Shown here: positions 13,716-30,737 of the stretch, one piece after another
Position numbering within the stretch: position 1 is the first letter of the stretch
Layout of the letters: every line of letters begins with the position of its first letter
Source of the DNA: the human T2T-CHM13v2.0 reference genome, Homo sapiens
NCBI RefSeq assembly: GCF_009914755.1
Contig: NC_060947.1
Reading direction: 5' to 3' (one strand)
DNA length: 64,000 bases
Made by a program: the position numbers and the translations under genes
The notes under the pieces: model-generated
Told to the model about the DNA's origin: nothing
Database searches by the model: none
What the model saw: only the letters and a program-made list of their open reading frames with translations

Positions 13716-15037
13716 TACACCAATTGGAGTATTTTTTGTACTGTCTTAATCCAGAAACTATAATCTCATTGAACTCAAGGGACACATGGATTTTTATTTG
13801 TAGTCCTGCATTAATTAATACAAAAATGATTCCAGTAGAAATCCAGTATGTGTAACTTTTGTTCTGCCTTTGCAGTTTTCTTTGTAACAGATGCTGTTTC
13901 CTCTTATACCTTGATTATTTTGAAATGAAACTTATCCTTAATACAGATAGAGAAATAGAGAAAATTAGCAAACTCAAGTAAACTGGATTACATGAGCAAG
14001 AATTTAGGAAATGAAATCCAGGTTTGCATTAGTGCCTCAGGATGAGAAATGCAGCCAATTCTTTTCCATTCAATTTTGTGAAGGGCTGTTCTGCCCTGTG
14101 GGCACTAAAACTGGTTGGTCTCAAACAGACGGAAATGCTATGGATATGACTGTGGCTTCCATTTTGCCAGCTCCTGGTGCTACTTAACCCAGATGCAAAG
14201 GGTCAAAGATAAGACTTAAGATTTCTCTATTGGATAATACAGAAACATGGAAGAGGACTAATTTAGGGTTAAAACATGGCACTAATCTTATCTGGATACT
14301 TGGCATTTCAATCACCCTTGTGACTTAAAAATCTTTTCTTGAAACACAGAAGAGTAGGCTTATTGTTCGTCATTCATTTGGTAAACATGTAAGAATTAAT
14401 TTAATGCTTGAATTACTTCACCATCCTCAGTGACTGTTTCTCATTCACTTCTAAAATGGTCTTGCTTCATCCATGGCTGATCTCTTATCCAAGGCTGCTT
14501 CAAAAGTGACTTGGCAGCTTATATCACTTGTGACATTAACCTCAGATTAATTTTGGTTTCTCTTCTGCCCTATGGCTCTCATTTTGTTCTTTCAAAATTT
14601 CTTCTATTACTTTTTTGATAGTGAATGTAAGATTTTCAAGCATATATTGGTTGTCTGACTTAAAATATTCTATGCTCCTAATAGAATCATAAGTATTAAA
14701 AACAGAATTGGAAAAGACTCTGAAATCCACATAATTGAAATCTCTTCTCCTGTATCAAAAATTTGAATCCTCTCTGCAACATTCCTAATACATCATACAC
14801 TCACTGTTTCCCATTACTTGGAGGATTTTTACCAAAATCTACTTCTTGATCTATTTTATTTCATCTTCAGGCAAGTATGACTGTAAGTTGTTTTTTTTTT
14901 TTTGTATTGAAGTAAAATCTATCTACCTGTGACTTTATTTGTTGATCCTTGTAAGCACTTGGGCTTATCCTGAGGAAAATAACAGCAGTCTTTAAGTGTA
15001 CACAAAAAATATATCATACCTTCTCCAAAATCTTCCA

Positions 15038-15172
15038 TAAATTTCATGTTTAGACTTGGGTTCCACCCTGCGATATCTCATTATGTACATGCTAATATTC
15101 CAAAATCTGAATAATTAAAAAATCTGAAACACCTTGTCTGGAACATTTTAAATATGGGATATGCAATTTGCA
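15038..15172 (+). mobile_element. Tigger4/Zombi-like (TcMar) terminal fragment
   Basis: GTTTAGACTTGGGTTCCACCC..GATATCTCATTATGTACATGCTAATATTCCAAAATCTG..GGGATATGCAATTTG resembles the Tigger4 end. Confidence 0.7.
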
Positions 15173-15314
15173 CTAGCTTCCTGATCTCTGTAGGCATTGG
15201 ATATTGAAAAGCCTTATCTAAGTCTTTGTCTGTTTGAACTATTGCTGTTTTCCATATCTTCTATTTCAAAAATAGGTGTTTTAAAATTATTCTTAGCAAA
15301 ACCAAAAAGGGCAT

Positions 15315-15714
15315 TGTGTAGTTCCATTTTGTGTCACTATAAAAAATAACTAAGTCTGGGAAATTTATAAAGAAAAGAGGTTTAACTGGTTCTGTAAGGT
15401 GTATAGGATGCACAGTGCTGGCATCCGCTTGGCTTCTGTTGAAAACTCAGGGAACTTTACTCATGGAAAAAGATGAAGTGGGAGCAACACATCACATGAT
15501 GAGAGCAGGAGCAAGATAGAGCATGGAGGTTCCACTCTCTATTAAACAACCATATCTCATGTGAACTCAGTGAGAGTTCACTCATTATCATGAAGACAAG
15601 CACCAAGCTATTTATGAGAGATCTGCCCCCATGAACCAAACACCTCCCACCTGCAACACTGTGGATTACATTTCAACATGAGATTTAGAGGGGACACACA
15701 TCCAAATCGTACAA
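15315..15714 (-). mobile_element. MaLR solo LTR (MSTB-like)
   Basis: AATTTATAAAGAAAAGAGGTTTAA ... ATTACATTTCAACATGAGATTTAGAGGGGACACACATCCAAA; degenerate TSD GGCAT/GGCGC. Confidence 0.85.
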
Positions 15715-15784
15715 GGCGCAGCAATTCCTTTTCCTGGAGATTTCTATCATCTTTTTGGTAAGAAAAAAGTTAATGGAATTGAGA

Positions 15785-18032
15785 TGGTTATATAATAAGA
15801 GTTTTAAATTTATTGCATTAATAACCCCAATTTTTCATGTCTCCCCGTATCAACATTCTTTGTAAGTATCTTTTTATATTAACTCTATGGCTTACCACAA
15901 AACTCGCTTTGGCAAACAAAATATTTTTTTTTTCAAAAAAGGTGCAAACAGAGGCTTTAAAAAGTATTTGGTGTTTTTACTTCTTTTCTTGTTTTTCTGG
16001 CTTCGCCATGAAAAAAAATGCCCAGGCTAGCCTGCCAGGTGGGGTGAGACATATGGCCCAGTCATGGCTATTATCCTGGTTGACGGCCAGACAACCACTA
16101 GATGTGTGTGTGAGCCCAACTAAAACCAGAAGAATGGCCCAGATAAGTCCATTCTAAATTATTAGCCCACAGGCTTATGAGCTAAATAAATACCTAGTGT
16201 TCTACATCACTAAGTTGGATTTGTTTTGTTATGTAGCATTATTGTAGTAATAGATAACAAATATACAAAAGTTTGATTTTGAAAGCTAAATGCCACTCTA
16301 GTAGAAACCTAAAATATGTGTTATTGACTTTTATAAAGGCAATGGGTAAAGAGTGGTAAAAGAGTTTGGAAACAGTAGAGACTAGAAAAGTGGTGAGGAA
16401 ACTGTTAAAGCAGCCTGAATAAATGGCAAGCAGTGTTATCTAGTGGTGAAACATTTGGCAAAACATGTGGTAACATTGAATATGGAAAATATATCAAATT
16501 AACATTTATACTGGAACAAAGATATCTCCAGGCAAAATATTGAAAATGTCAACTGGATCTTACTGGCAGTGTATGATAAGATACAACAGAAAAGAAATGA
16601 GCTAAGTAAATAACTGCCCAGTTTGTGAGTAACATTTAGAGAGTCCCATAATTCCCTGGATTGGAAAATAACTTTTTCTCCTCTTTATCTTCTCAAGCTA
16701 GTAAAAAATCAAATCCAAGGAGCTGCCAGAAACATGTTCTTAGTACTAAAGACCAAGATAATTTTGTAAGACTCTTTGTTTAAATCTTTGAAGTAATTAA
16801 GGAGATGTTATATAGACTCTCTCAACTACAGAAAAGTGTTTCTAAGAATATTAAGAGCATTGTCTTATAGCAACCTGACAGGCCTAAAGAAACACTACGA
16901 AGTCTAGAGACAGAAGGCCATCTGAAAAAGAATTATGTCTGTGGCTTTTTTGCAATGGAGTGAGTTTGAACTGCGTTTATGTGAAGCCCAAAAAGTTTTA
17001 AAGATGTTGCATGGGAAATAGTGCTACCAGCCTTGATTAAAAGAGAATGAGACTATAAATTCTGATAAGCACTGGGATTTCAATATTCTATGCACAGGAA
17101 GCAGGCTAAGAAGGTGCTCAAAAATCATATTTTTAAATGCCTTCTCCAAAAGTGACTGAGCAGAATGGCAAAAGAATTATGTTTCAGACAACGAAGGTAA
17201 AGACCATGAAGAACAATGGACAGGTAAGCGACTCCAGGGAAGAGTAACGATGTAATTAAGGAGCATTCTTCACCCCTGTGTGGGGTCTTAGCCACGCTTG
17301 TCCAGCAATAATTACTATACACCAGTGCTATGTGCTTCCTTTTTATTTTTATTTTTTGTTTCTGAACAAGAGTCTTTATGTAGTTATCCAATCCCTGTAT
17401 CATCACTGAATGTTGAGTGGCCAATAAATTGTTATTGGTCTTTTGATTAGGAGAATTGTTATCTGAGTCATATCAGCACGTGATAATAGATCATGAGATC
17501 CTAGATTCGGGGCCTGATGACCTGACTGAATAAGACTGTTGAGATCCTAGTTTGGGGGTAAGCATATTTTGCATGTGTGAAGGATGTGAATGATTGTGAC
17601 AAGAGTGGAATATCATTTATGGAGTGTGTTAATGGCACTCTGTATCAATACTTCCTATGTCATTACTCATTGTAGGCTCTGGGCTTGACCTTGTGACTTG
17701 CTTTGGCTAAATGGATATTTAAAAACTCGATGCAAGCAAAGGATTTAAAAAGTACTTGTGTGTTTCTGTTTCTTTTCTTGCTACTCTGCCTTCAACATGA
17801 GAACATTCCTAATTTAGACTGCTGCATGATAAAATACATGTGGCTCCTATCACCAAACTATCAACTACCAACCACCAAACATATGAGTGAGCCCATCTAA
17901 GACCAGAAGAACCCATATGAGTGCAGCATAAATTGCCAACCCACAGACTCCTGACTTAAAGGCTTATTATTTTAAAGCTGTTGCATTATCTAGTATTTTG
18001 TTACACAGTGTTATTGTATCAATAAGTAACTT
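15785..18032 (+). mobile_element. MLT1 (MLT1G/H-like) MaLR provirus: 5' LTR ~15785-16267, internal ~16268-17610, 3' LTR ~17612-18032
   Basis: Two homologous LTRs (GCTTTGGC..AAAAAGTA(T/C)TTG..GTGAGCCCA..ACCAGAAGAA..CCCACAG..TTGTTA..ATTGTA..TAAC) flank MLT-int-like sequence (GAAACCTAAAATATGTG, TATTTTGCATGTGTGAAGGATGTGAAT). Confidence 0.75.
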
Positions 18033-18474
18033 CTTTTTAAAAAAAGTTGGTGTATATTCAAGGGAGGAAGGGAGGGAGAAATCTATCATTTGGCAATTGA
18101 ATCCCATACACCCCTTTGTCTGAGCTAGTCTATCTCATTTGAGTATACTTCAATAATCTAACAATGGGAAAATAAAGCAAACTATGGCTTAGATTTTATT
18201 AAAATAAATGTTTAATTCATTTTATTTGGCAAAAATAAATTGGCACACCAATATTAGCCCTGAATTATAAATTAGAATTTCATAATTCTGCCTACTCTAA
18301 TATTTCTGAAGAGGGTTTTAGAAAATAATATTTTTACAATTTAAATAAAATTTAAACTTAATTTATGCCAACGTGTACTTCGTAAGACGAGATGGTTGAA
18401 GAAGAGGGCATCAGCACCAAAATGCTTCAAGTTGCTAAGACACTTAAGTATGCACTAAGTCTTAGGAATATAGG

Positions 18475-18620
18475 ACCTCAGGTTCTATCTCTATGACTAT
18501 CTTTCTGAGCTTTAGACTTCTCATCTAGTAAAAGGTAATGATGCTATATAACTAGAAGGGCTGTCCTAAAAATAAGAAGATATATATATATATATAGTAC
18601 TTGGCATGTAATAGGCAAAA
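18475..18620 (+). mobile_element. MIR fragment
   Basis: TCTGAGCTTTAGACTTCTCATCTAGTAAAAGG..TACTTGGCATGTAATAGG core. Confidence 0.55.
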
Positions 18621-20028
18621 ATAAATTATTAATGTCTTCTCAGAATTCTATGACTTTGTATGTTTTTTTCTTAAAACCCTGAAAGCGGGGACAATATGGC
18701 TGATCAGGAACAGCTCCAGTCTGCAGCTTCCAGTGAGATCAACACAGAAGGTGGGTGATTTGTGCATTTCCAACCGAGGTACCTGGTTCATCTCATTGGG
18801 ACTGGTTAGACAGTGGGTGCAGCCCACGGAGGGCCAGCAGAAGCAGGGTGGGGCATTGCCTCACTCAGGAAGCACAAGGGGTCAGGGAACCCTCTCCCCT
18901 AGCCAAGAGAAGCCCTGAGGGACCATGCTTCAAGGGACGGTGCTGTCCGACCCAGAGACTATGCTTTTCCCGTGGTCTTTGCAACCCACAGACCAGGAGA
19001 TCCCCTTGGGTGCCTACATCACAAGGGCCCTGGGTTTTAAGCACCAAACTGGGTGGCCATTTGGGCAGACACCAAGCTAGCTGAAGGAGTTTTTTTCATA
19101 CCCCAGTGGTGCCTGGAATGCCAGCGAGACAGAACCATTCACTCCCCTGGAAAGGGGGCTGAAGCCAGGGAGCCAAGTTGTCTTGCTCAGGGGTTCCCAT
19201 CCCCATGGAGCCCAGCAAGCTAAGATCCACTGCCTTGAAATTCTCACTGCCAGCACAGGAGTCTGAAGTCGACCTGGGACACTCTAGCTTGGTGGGGGGA
19301 GGGGCATCCACGATTACTGAGGCTTGAGTAGGTGGTTTTCCCTTCACGGTGTTAAACAAAGCTGCCAGGAAGTTTGAACTGGGCGGAGCCCACCTCAGTT
19401 CTGCAAAACCTCTATAGCCAGACTGGCTTTCTAGATTTCTCCTCTCTGGGCAGGGAATCTCTGAAAGAATGGCAGCAACCCCAGTCAGGGGCTTATAGAT
19501 AAAACTCCCATCTTCCTGGGACAGAGCACCTGGGGGAAGGGGTGGCTGTGGGCGCAGCTTCAGCAGACTTAAATGTTCCTGCCTGCCAGCTCTGAAAAGA
19601 GCAGTGGATCTCCCACCACAGTGCTTGAGCTCTGCTAAGGAACAGACTGCCTCCTCAAGTGGGTCCCTGACACCCAAGCCTCCTGACAGAGAGACACTTC
19701 TCAGCAGGGTTTGACAGACACCTCACACAGGAGAGCTCCAGCTGGCATCTGGCAGGTGCACCTCTGGGACAAAGCTTCCAGAGGAAGGAGCAGGCAGCAA
19801 TCTTTGCTGTTCTGCAGCCTATACTGGTGATACCCAGGCAAATGGGGTCTGAAGTAAAAGTAAACCCCAAGCAAACTGCAGCAGACCTGCAGAAGAGGGA
19901 CCTGACCATTAGAAGGAAAACTAACAAACAGAAAGCAATAGCATCAACATCAAAAAAAAAAAAAGGACAAACAAGCAAAAACTCCATCAGAGGGTCACCA
20001 ACAGCAAAGATCAAAGGTAGATAAATCC

Positions 20029-21060
20029 ATGAAGATAAGGAAAAACCAGCACAAAAAGGTTGAAAATGCCGAAAACCAGAATGCCTCTTCCTCTCCAAAG
20101 GATCACAACTCCTTGCCAGCAAGGGAACAAAACTGGATGGAGAAGGAGTTTGACAAATTGACAGAAGTAGGCTTCAGAAGGTGGGTAATAACAAACTCCT
20201 CTGAGCTAAAGGAGCATGTTCTAACCCAATACAAGGAAGCTAAGAACCTTGACAAAAGGTTAGAGGAATTGCTAACCAGAATAACCAGTTTAGAGAAGAA
20301 CATAAATGACCTGATGGAGCTGAAAAACACAGCACAAGAACTTCGTGAAGCATACACAAGTATCAATAGCCGAATGGATCAAGCAGAAGAAAGGATATCA
20401 GAGATTGAAGATCAACTTAATGAAATAAAGTGTGAAGACAAGATTAGAGAAAAAAAAATGAAAAGGAACTAACAAAGTCTCCAGGAAATATGGGACTATG
20501 TGAAAAGACCACATCTATGTTTCACTGGTGTACCTGAAAGTGATGGGGAGAATGGGACCAAGTTGGAAAACACACTTTAGGATATTATCCAGGAGAACCT
20601 CTCCAACCTAGCAAGACTGTCCAACATTCACATTCAGGAAATACAGAGAACACCACAAAGATACTCCTTGAGAAGAGCAACCCCAAGACACATAATCATC
20701 AGATTCACAAAGGTTGAAGTGAATAAAAAAATGTTAAGGGCACCCAGAGAGAAAGGTTGGGTTACCCATAAAGGCAAGCCCATAAAACTAACAGTGGATA
20801 TCTCTGCAGAAACCCTACAGGCCAGAAGAGAGTGGGGGCCAATATTCAACATTCTTAAATAAAAGAATTTTTAACCCACCATATTATATCCAGCCAAAAT
20901 AAGCTTCGTAAGTGAAGGAGAAATAAAATCCTTTACAGACAAGCAAATGTTAAGAGATTTTGTCACCACCAGGCCTGACTTACAAGAGCTCCTTAAGGAA
21001 GAGCTAAATATGGAAAGGAAAAACCAGTACCAGCCTCTGCAAAAACAAAGCAAAAGCTAA
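20029..21060 (+). pseudogene. L1 ORF1p remnant (RNA-binding chaperone), disrupted
   Basis: RKNQHKKVENAENQNASSSPKD..coiled coil..RRATPRHIIIRFTKVE..WGPIFNILK; premature stops at 20470-20472 and 20860-20862. Confidence 0.92.
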
Positions 21061-21120
21061 AGGCCATTAACACTATGAAGAAACTGCATAAACTAATGGG
21101 CAAAATAACCAGCTAGCATC

Positions 21121-25270
<4,150 letters not shown>

Positions 25271-25664
25271 ACAACGAGAACATATGGGCACAGGGAGGGG
25301 AACATCACACGCCGGGGCCTGTTGCAGGGTCGGGGTCAAGGGGAGGGATGGCATTACAAAAAATACCTAATGTAGATGATGGGTTGATGGGTGCAGCAAA
25401 CCACCATTGCACATGTATACCTATGTAAGAAACCTGCACATTCTGCACATGTATCCCAGAACTTAAAGTATAATAATAATTTTAAAAACCTGAAAACAAA
25501 TGATATCTGTAGATAAAATATTTCATATGCAAAATATCAGGCGAAACTTATTTCCTTATCATAATTGCAGAGCTCAGCTTACTTACTTCAAGGGTCCACC
25601 ACAGTTTTACCTATTTTAAGGGTTAGGCTTCATCCTTGGATGGGAATCAAACAGTTTGGGGTTA

Positions 25665-25850
25665 TGGAAAGAACAGACACTTTGGGTTAAAATTCCATTT
25701 TGTACAACTTGTCGATTTGGTAACCATGGACAAACTACTTAACCTCTCTGAGCTTCACTTTCTATTTTTATATAGAGAGTTTTGAAGATTGAGATATTCA
25801 ATGTAAAGCTCTTAATGCAAAATTGAAAGCAATGCATGGTAGCTAATACT
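25665..25850 (+). mobile_element. MIR
   Basis: ACCATGGACAAACTACTTAACCTCTCTGAGCTTCACTTTCT core. Confidence 0.7.
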
Positions 25851-27039
25851 ATCATTTGTCAATGCAATAAGAATATTTTATTATCATAATATGCTTTACA
25901 TGATATTTTCATCTTTGTTGTTGTTGTATTAGCTATGATACAGTCTGTTTTCTTTTTTGGCTTTTTGAGAATTGGAGCTCCTACTGAGAAGTTTTCGAGC
26001 TTTCACAGATCTTTTCACTTTCTGGATCCTAGTTCCTGTGAGTGTTTCCAAAGGCAAAATGGCATTTCAGAAGCAATGATAAGTGTATTTCTAAAATAGA
26101 ACACATACCACGCAGTTTCTTAGGACAGAACAATATCCTGGTGAGAACAGCTGGGCTGGTTAGGGAAACAAACGGTCAAATGCAATTCTCGAGGATGCTC
26201 TGTAAGGCTGAGGGCAATAACAACCACATGAGCTTTGTTCCTTGATATTTTCTTTTAGTTTCCCAAAGTGCTTTGCCCCTTTTTCCTGTAAGTGTAATCT
26301 CTGTACCTAAGAGTGAAGTGAAGACAATTTCTTGCCAGGATTATGAGCAATACTTTAATGATTAGTCAGCAGCACTAACTACTTATACTGTTTGGGGAGC
26401 ATCTAAGAGCATCTTGAAGAGGTCCCAGAGAGGAGACATTCTCTCTTAGAGCTAACGCCTTTGTTCTTTTGTGAACTCACTATGCTTTATTTCTCTGTCA
26501 GCTTTAAACGCATGTGTTGATCAGCAAAAGGATACCCATTACAAAGCTAATTACTATTATTGGCCTATATGTATCATTCAGGTCATCTTCCCAGTCTCTC
26601 TGCTTCTTAGTAGTTGGGGCAAGTAGCCAATAATTGAGAAAAATATTTCACTTTCAATTGGGTCCACTCTGGAACTGGGTACACAGCAATTCCTGGGAAT
26701 GTGAAATGCTGAGTTTGGAACCTGGAGTGGGTGCTTTATATATGTATGCAGTAGTGGCAGGAGGTCTTGCTTCAAGTGTTTATCTTCTCTCTCCAATTGT
26801 AACATAGGTCTCTTATGGGTAGAAACCATGAGTGTGTTTTATTGTTTTATAACCACTGCTAGCAGCCTAGTGCCAGAAACATATCAATACATACTCATTT
26901 ATTGATAGCTTATAAATATTCAAGTATCTAATATTAAAAATGCATTTTTCTCTTATATTAAAAATGAGTCATGTGTCTATCTTGCCTTTCAAAACTATAC
27001 ATCTCCAATTTGTCAACACTTTTCTTATATATGTTCATA

Positions 27040-27220
27040 GCTAAGTGTACCTGTTATGTTCCAGGCACTACTGTGATATACTTTATTATCTCATTTAATT
27101 ATCCAAACAACCTCACAAACTAGTTATTCTTAGTTTACTAATGTGGAAACTGAAACTCAAAGAAGTCAAGTGACAGAATAGATGTTTTAGTCTAGCTTTT
27201 TCTAACTCCAGACCAGTGGT
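27040..27220 (-). mobile_element. MIR
   Basis: ATCTCATTTAATTATCCAAACAACC..AATGTGGAAACTGAAACTCAAAGAAGTCAAGTGAC. Confidence 0.7.
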
Positions 27221-27549
27221 TAGAGCTGAAATATCATTGTGCTCAGAGATAAGCCAGTGCTCCCATGAAGCTTAAGTCAGCCTAAATTGTCCTTCAATTC
27301 AAGTGCAAAGATTTAGTCGTGGTGAATTCAGTAAATCTTTGACTTTTTTCCAGCTTTCTTAGTGTTGCTGGTGTGGAGTGAGAAGCCTCAAGTGACTCCT
27401 CAGTGGAAATAGGGTTTGCTGAGATATGAGGAGTTAGAGAATATAATAAGCCTCTACCATTGTAGCTCTAGCTCAAAGCAACTACAGTACTTCTCCCAAT
27501 CTTTCTGTCTGAATACACAACTCTGAAGTGTGTAGTTATGACCATGAAT

Positions 27550-28500
27550 ACACAGATACAGAGCATAGGGTGTATATAGTGAGGAGAGATGTGGCTGACC
27601 ATGTAGACAGGCAGCATATCATGAAAGGCTTTCTTTTCCATTCTAATGACTTTGAAAATTGTCCTGTAGATAATGGGAAGCCAATGCATGATTGTAAGTA
27701 AAGAAGTAACTTGACCAGACACATGTATTAGAAATATCACTGTCTCTGTAGGCAGTGGCAGGCATATATTTGAAATTGAACTGCTTATTGCAATATAATT
27801 GAGAGGAAGACTACTGTAACAGTTGAGTGGAATAAATGGGGGGCTGTCAGGGTAGAACACACAGGGTCAATTACCGAGGTTCTTATGATGTTGAAATAAC
27901 TGGAGTTAGTGATCAACTGGCTGTTCAGCATTATAGTAAATACAGCAGAAGTGAGAGTGGAGGAAATAATTAGGAATTTAGTTTTAAACGTGTTGAGTTT
28001 GAGTTGCATATAGGGCATGATGCAAATGTTGTTAAATAGTAGCCTGCAAAAATCTAGTTCTAGGAATTGGTTTGGATTGGAAATGAAACTTTCAGAATCA
28101 TCCGTGTATAATAATAATATAATTCTTAGGAATGGAAGAGACAGCTGAGGGAGAGACGGCAAAGTAAGATGGGAAAAAAGCCAAGGAGATAACTCTGGGA
28201 AGAGCAATGGCTTAAAGTGTTGGTGGTTTTAGTCAGTCAATGGCCTTTTCATGAGCAAACAGCGTGTTTATACAGCATTAGGCATGCTAAGGGTGGAGGA
28301 GGGATAATAAAGTAGTAGGAGATGTATCTGTGATCATGAAGCATCTGTTATGTACTTTCTTATGTTAGATATCCTGTATACTACAAGGAATTAAGTTTTA
28401 TCACAGAAGCCAAGAGAACAATATTAAGGGTGTTCAACACTATGTGATGCCAAAGAGAGAGATGAAGATAGAAAAGTGTCCATTGTAATAGACCTTAGTT
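27550..28500 (-). mobile_element. L2 LINE fragment including reverse-transcriptase remnant
   Basis: ORF 27785..28207(-) contains LLYTDDSESFISNP..LKLNTFKTKFLII, similar to L2 RT LYADDSQIYIS..LKLN.SKTELLI; 27468..27860(-) contains HWLPIIYR typical of the L2 C-terminus. Confidence 0.8.
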
Positions 28501-30299
28501 GTTTTGTGGAAAAACTTGGTTCAAGTTCATTTAAAAGGATGTGCACAATGTTTGGTAAGAGATTAAAGCATGATTGGTTTATTGCTTAACTATGGTCCTA
28601 GAAATTACAGTGAAATGATGCAGGAGTCAAATAGTAAGAAAATATGTAGTATGAGGAAAAGCGTATCAAACTGGTAAAATCTCATTTTACCTAAGATGAT
28701 GCTACTCTTATACATGCAAAGACCCATGTTTCCAGTAACGTAATGGAATAGTGAAATTTAGGCATTGGTGAGACAGCTGGTCTGGTTTAGAAACATAGCA
28801 TAGCATAGGAAGAGGAATAAGTTTTATCTGGGTGAAGTTAACTGAATCACATGAAGCTTAAATTTGTCATGTTGTTCATTCAAAATTACCTAAATGTTAG
28901 CTAGCTCAAAATATTATTTATTCATATAAATTATTTTAATTTTTAATTTTTGTGTACATAGTAAGTGTATATATCGATGGGTTACATGAGATATTTTGAT
29001 ACAGGCATGCAATGTGTAATAACCAAATTGGGGTCAATGAGGTATCCTTCACCTCAAGCATTTATCCTTTGTGTTACAAAAAAATCAATTTTACACTTTT
29101 AGTTATTTTTAAATGTACGATTAAATTATTTTTGACTATAGTCACCCTGTTGTGCTAGCAAATACCAGGTCTCATTCATTCTTTCTAACTGTATTCACTG
29201 ACCATCCCCATTCCCAACCCCCTACGACCACCAATCTCAGCCTCAGGTAACCATTCTTCCACTCTCTATCTCCATAAGTTCAATTATTTTAATTTTGAGC
29301 TCCTCCAAATAAGTGAGAGCATGCCAACTTTGTGTTTCTGTGCCTAGCTAGTTATATTTAATGACCTCCAGTTTCATCTGTGTTGCTGCAAATGACAAGA
29401 ACTCATTTAAAAAAATATCTGAATAGTACTCCATTGCGTATAGGTAGCATATTTTCTTTATACATTTACCTGTTGATAGATGCTTAGGATGCTTCCAAAT
29501 CTGTGCTTCTGGAATAGTGCTGCAGTAAACCTGGGAGTGCAGATATGTCTTCAATATATTCATTTCCTTTCTTCTGGGTATATTCCTAGGAGTGGGATTG
29601 TTGGATTGTATGGTAGCTCTATTTACAGTTTTTTGAGGAACCTACAAACTGTTCTCCGTAGTGGTTGTACTAATTTACATTCCTACCAACAGTGCACAAG
29701 GATTCCCTTTTCTCCACATGCTCACCAGCATTTGCTATTGCTTGACTTTTAGGAAAAAAGCCATTTTAACTAGGATGATATCTTTTTAACAATGATATCT
29801 CATTGTAGTTTGATTTTAATTTCTTTCATAGTCAGTGATGCTGAGAACCTTTTCATACACCTGTTTGCCATTTGTATGTCTTATTTTGAGAAATGTGTAT
29901 TCAGATCTTTAGCTCATTTTTAAATCAGATTATTATATGTTTCTAGATTTATTAGATTGTTTGAGCTCCTTATATATACTGGTTACTAATCCTTTGTCAG
30001 ATTTATAGTTTGAAGATATATTCTCCTATCCTGTGTGTTGCCTGTTCACTTTGTTGATTGTTTTCTTTGCTGTGTAGAAGGTTTTTAACTTGGTGTGATC
30101 CAATTTGTCCATTTTTGCTTTGGTTGCCTGTGCTTGTGAGTTACTATTACTGAATAAATCTTTGCCCATTCCAATGTCCTGGAGGGTTTCCCCAGTGTTT
30201 TCTTTTACATGTTTCATAGGATAGAATCTCAGATTTAAGTCTCTAATACATTGTTATTTGATTTTGGTACATAGTGAGGTATAGGGGTCTAGTTTCTTT

Positions 30300-30737
30300 T
30301 TTATTATTATTATTATACTTTAAGTTTTAGGGTACATGTGCACAATGTGCAGGTTAGTTACATATGCATACATGTGCCATGCTGGTGTGCTGCACCCATT
30401 AACTCGTCATTTAGCATTAGGTATATCTCCTAATGCTATCCCTCCCCCCTCCCCCCACCCCACAACAGGCCCCAGAGTGTGATGTTCCCCTTCCTGTGTC
30501 CATGTGTTCTCATTGTTCAATTCCCTCCTATGAGTGAGAATATGCGGTGTTTGGATTTTTGTTCTTGATAGTTTACTGAGAATGATGATTTCCAATCTCA
30601 TCCATGTCCCTACAAAGGACATGAACTCATCATTTTTTATGGCTGCATAGTATTCCATGGTGTATATGTGCCACATTTTCTTAATCCAGTCTATCATTAG
30701 TCAAATTGTCCCTGTTTGCAGATGACATGATTGTATA
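30300..30737 (-). mobile_element. 5'-truncated, 5'-inverted young L1 (L1PA2/3-like)
   Basis: Minus-strand L1PA 3' end 30300-30698; opposite-strand RT piece AGTCAAATTGTCCCTGTTTGCAGATGACATGATTGTATA 30699-30737; TSD TCTAGTTTCTTT at 30288-30299 and 30738-30749. Confidence 0.93.

Noticed and set aside
26359-26372. TGCTGACTAAT (minus strand) MAF/NFE2-like site
   Set aside because: A single imperfect motif is expected by chance in 64 kb; no supporting evidence.
27785-28207. 140-aa ORF with YTDD as a functional reverse transcriptase
   Set aside because: Short degenerate L2 fragment with a non-ATG start, lacking most RT motifs.
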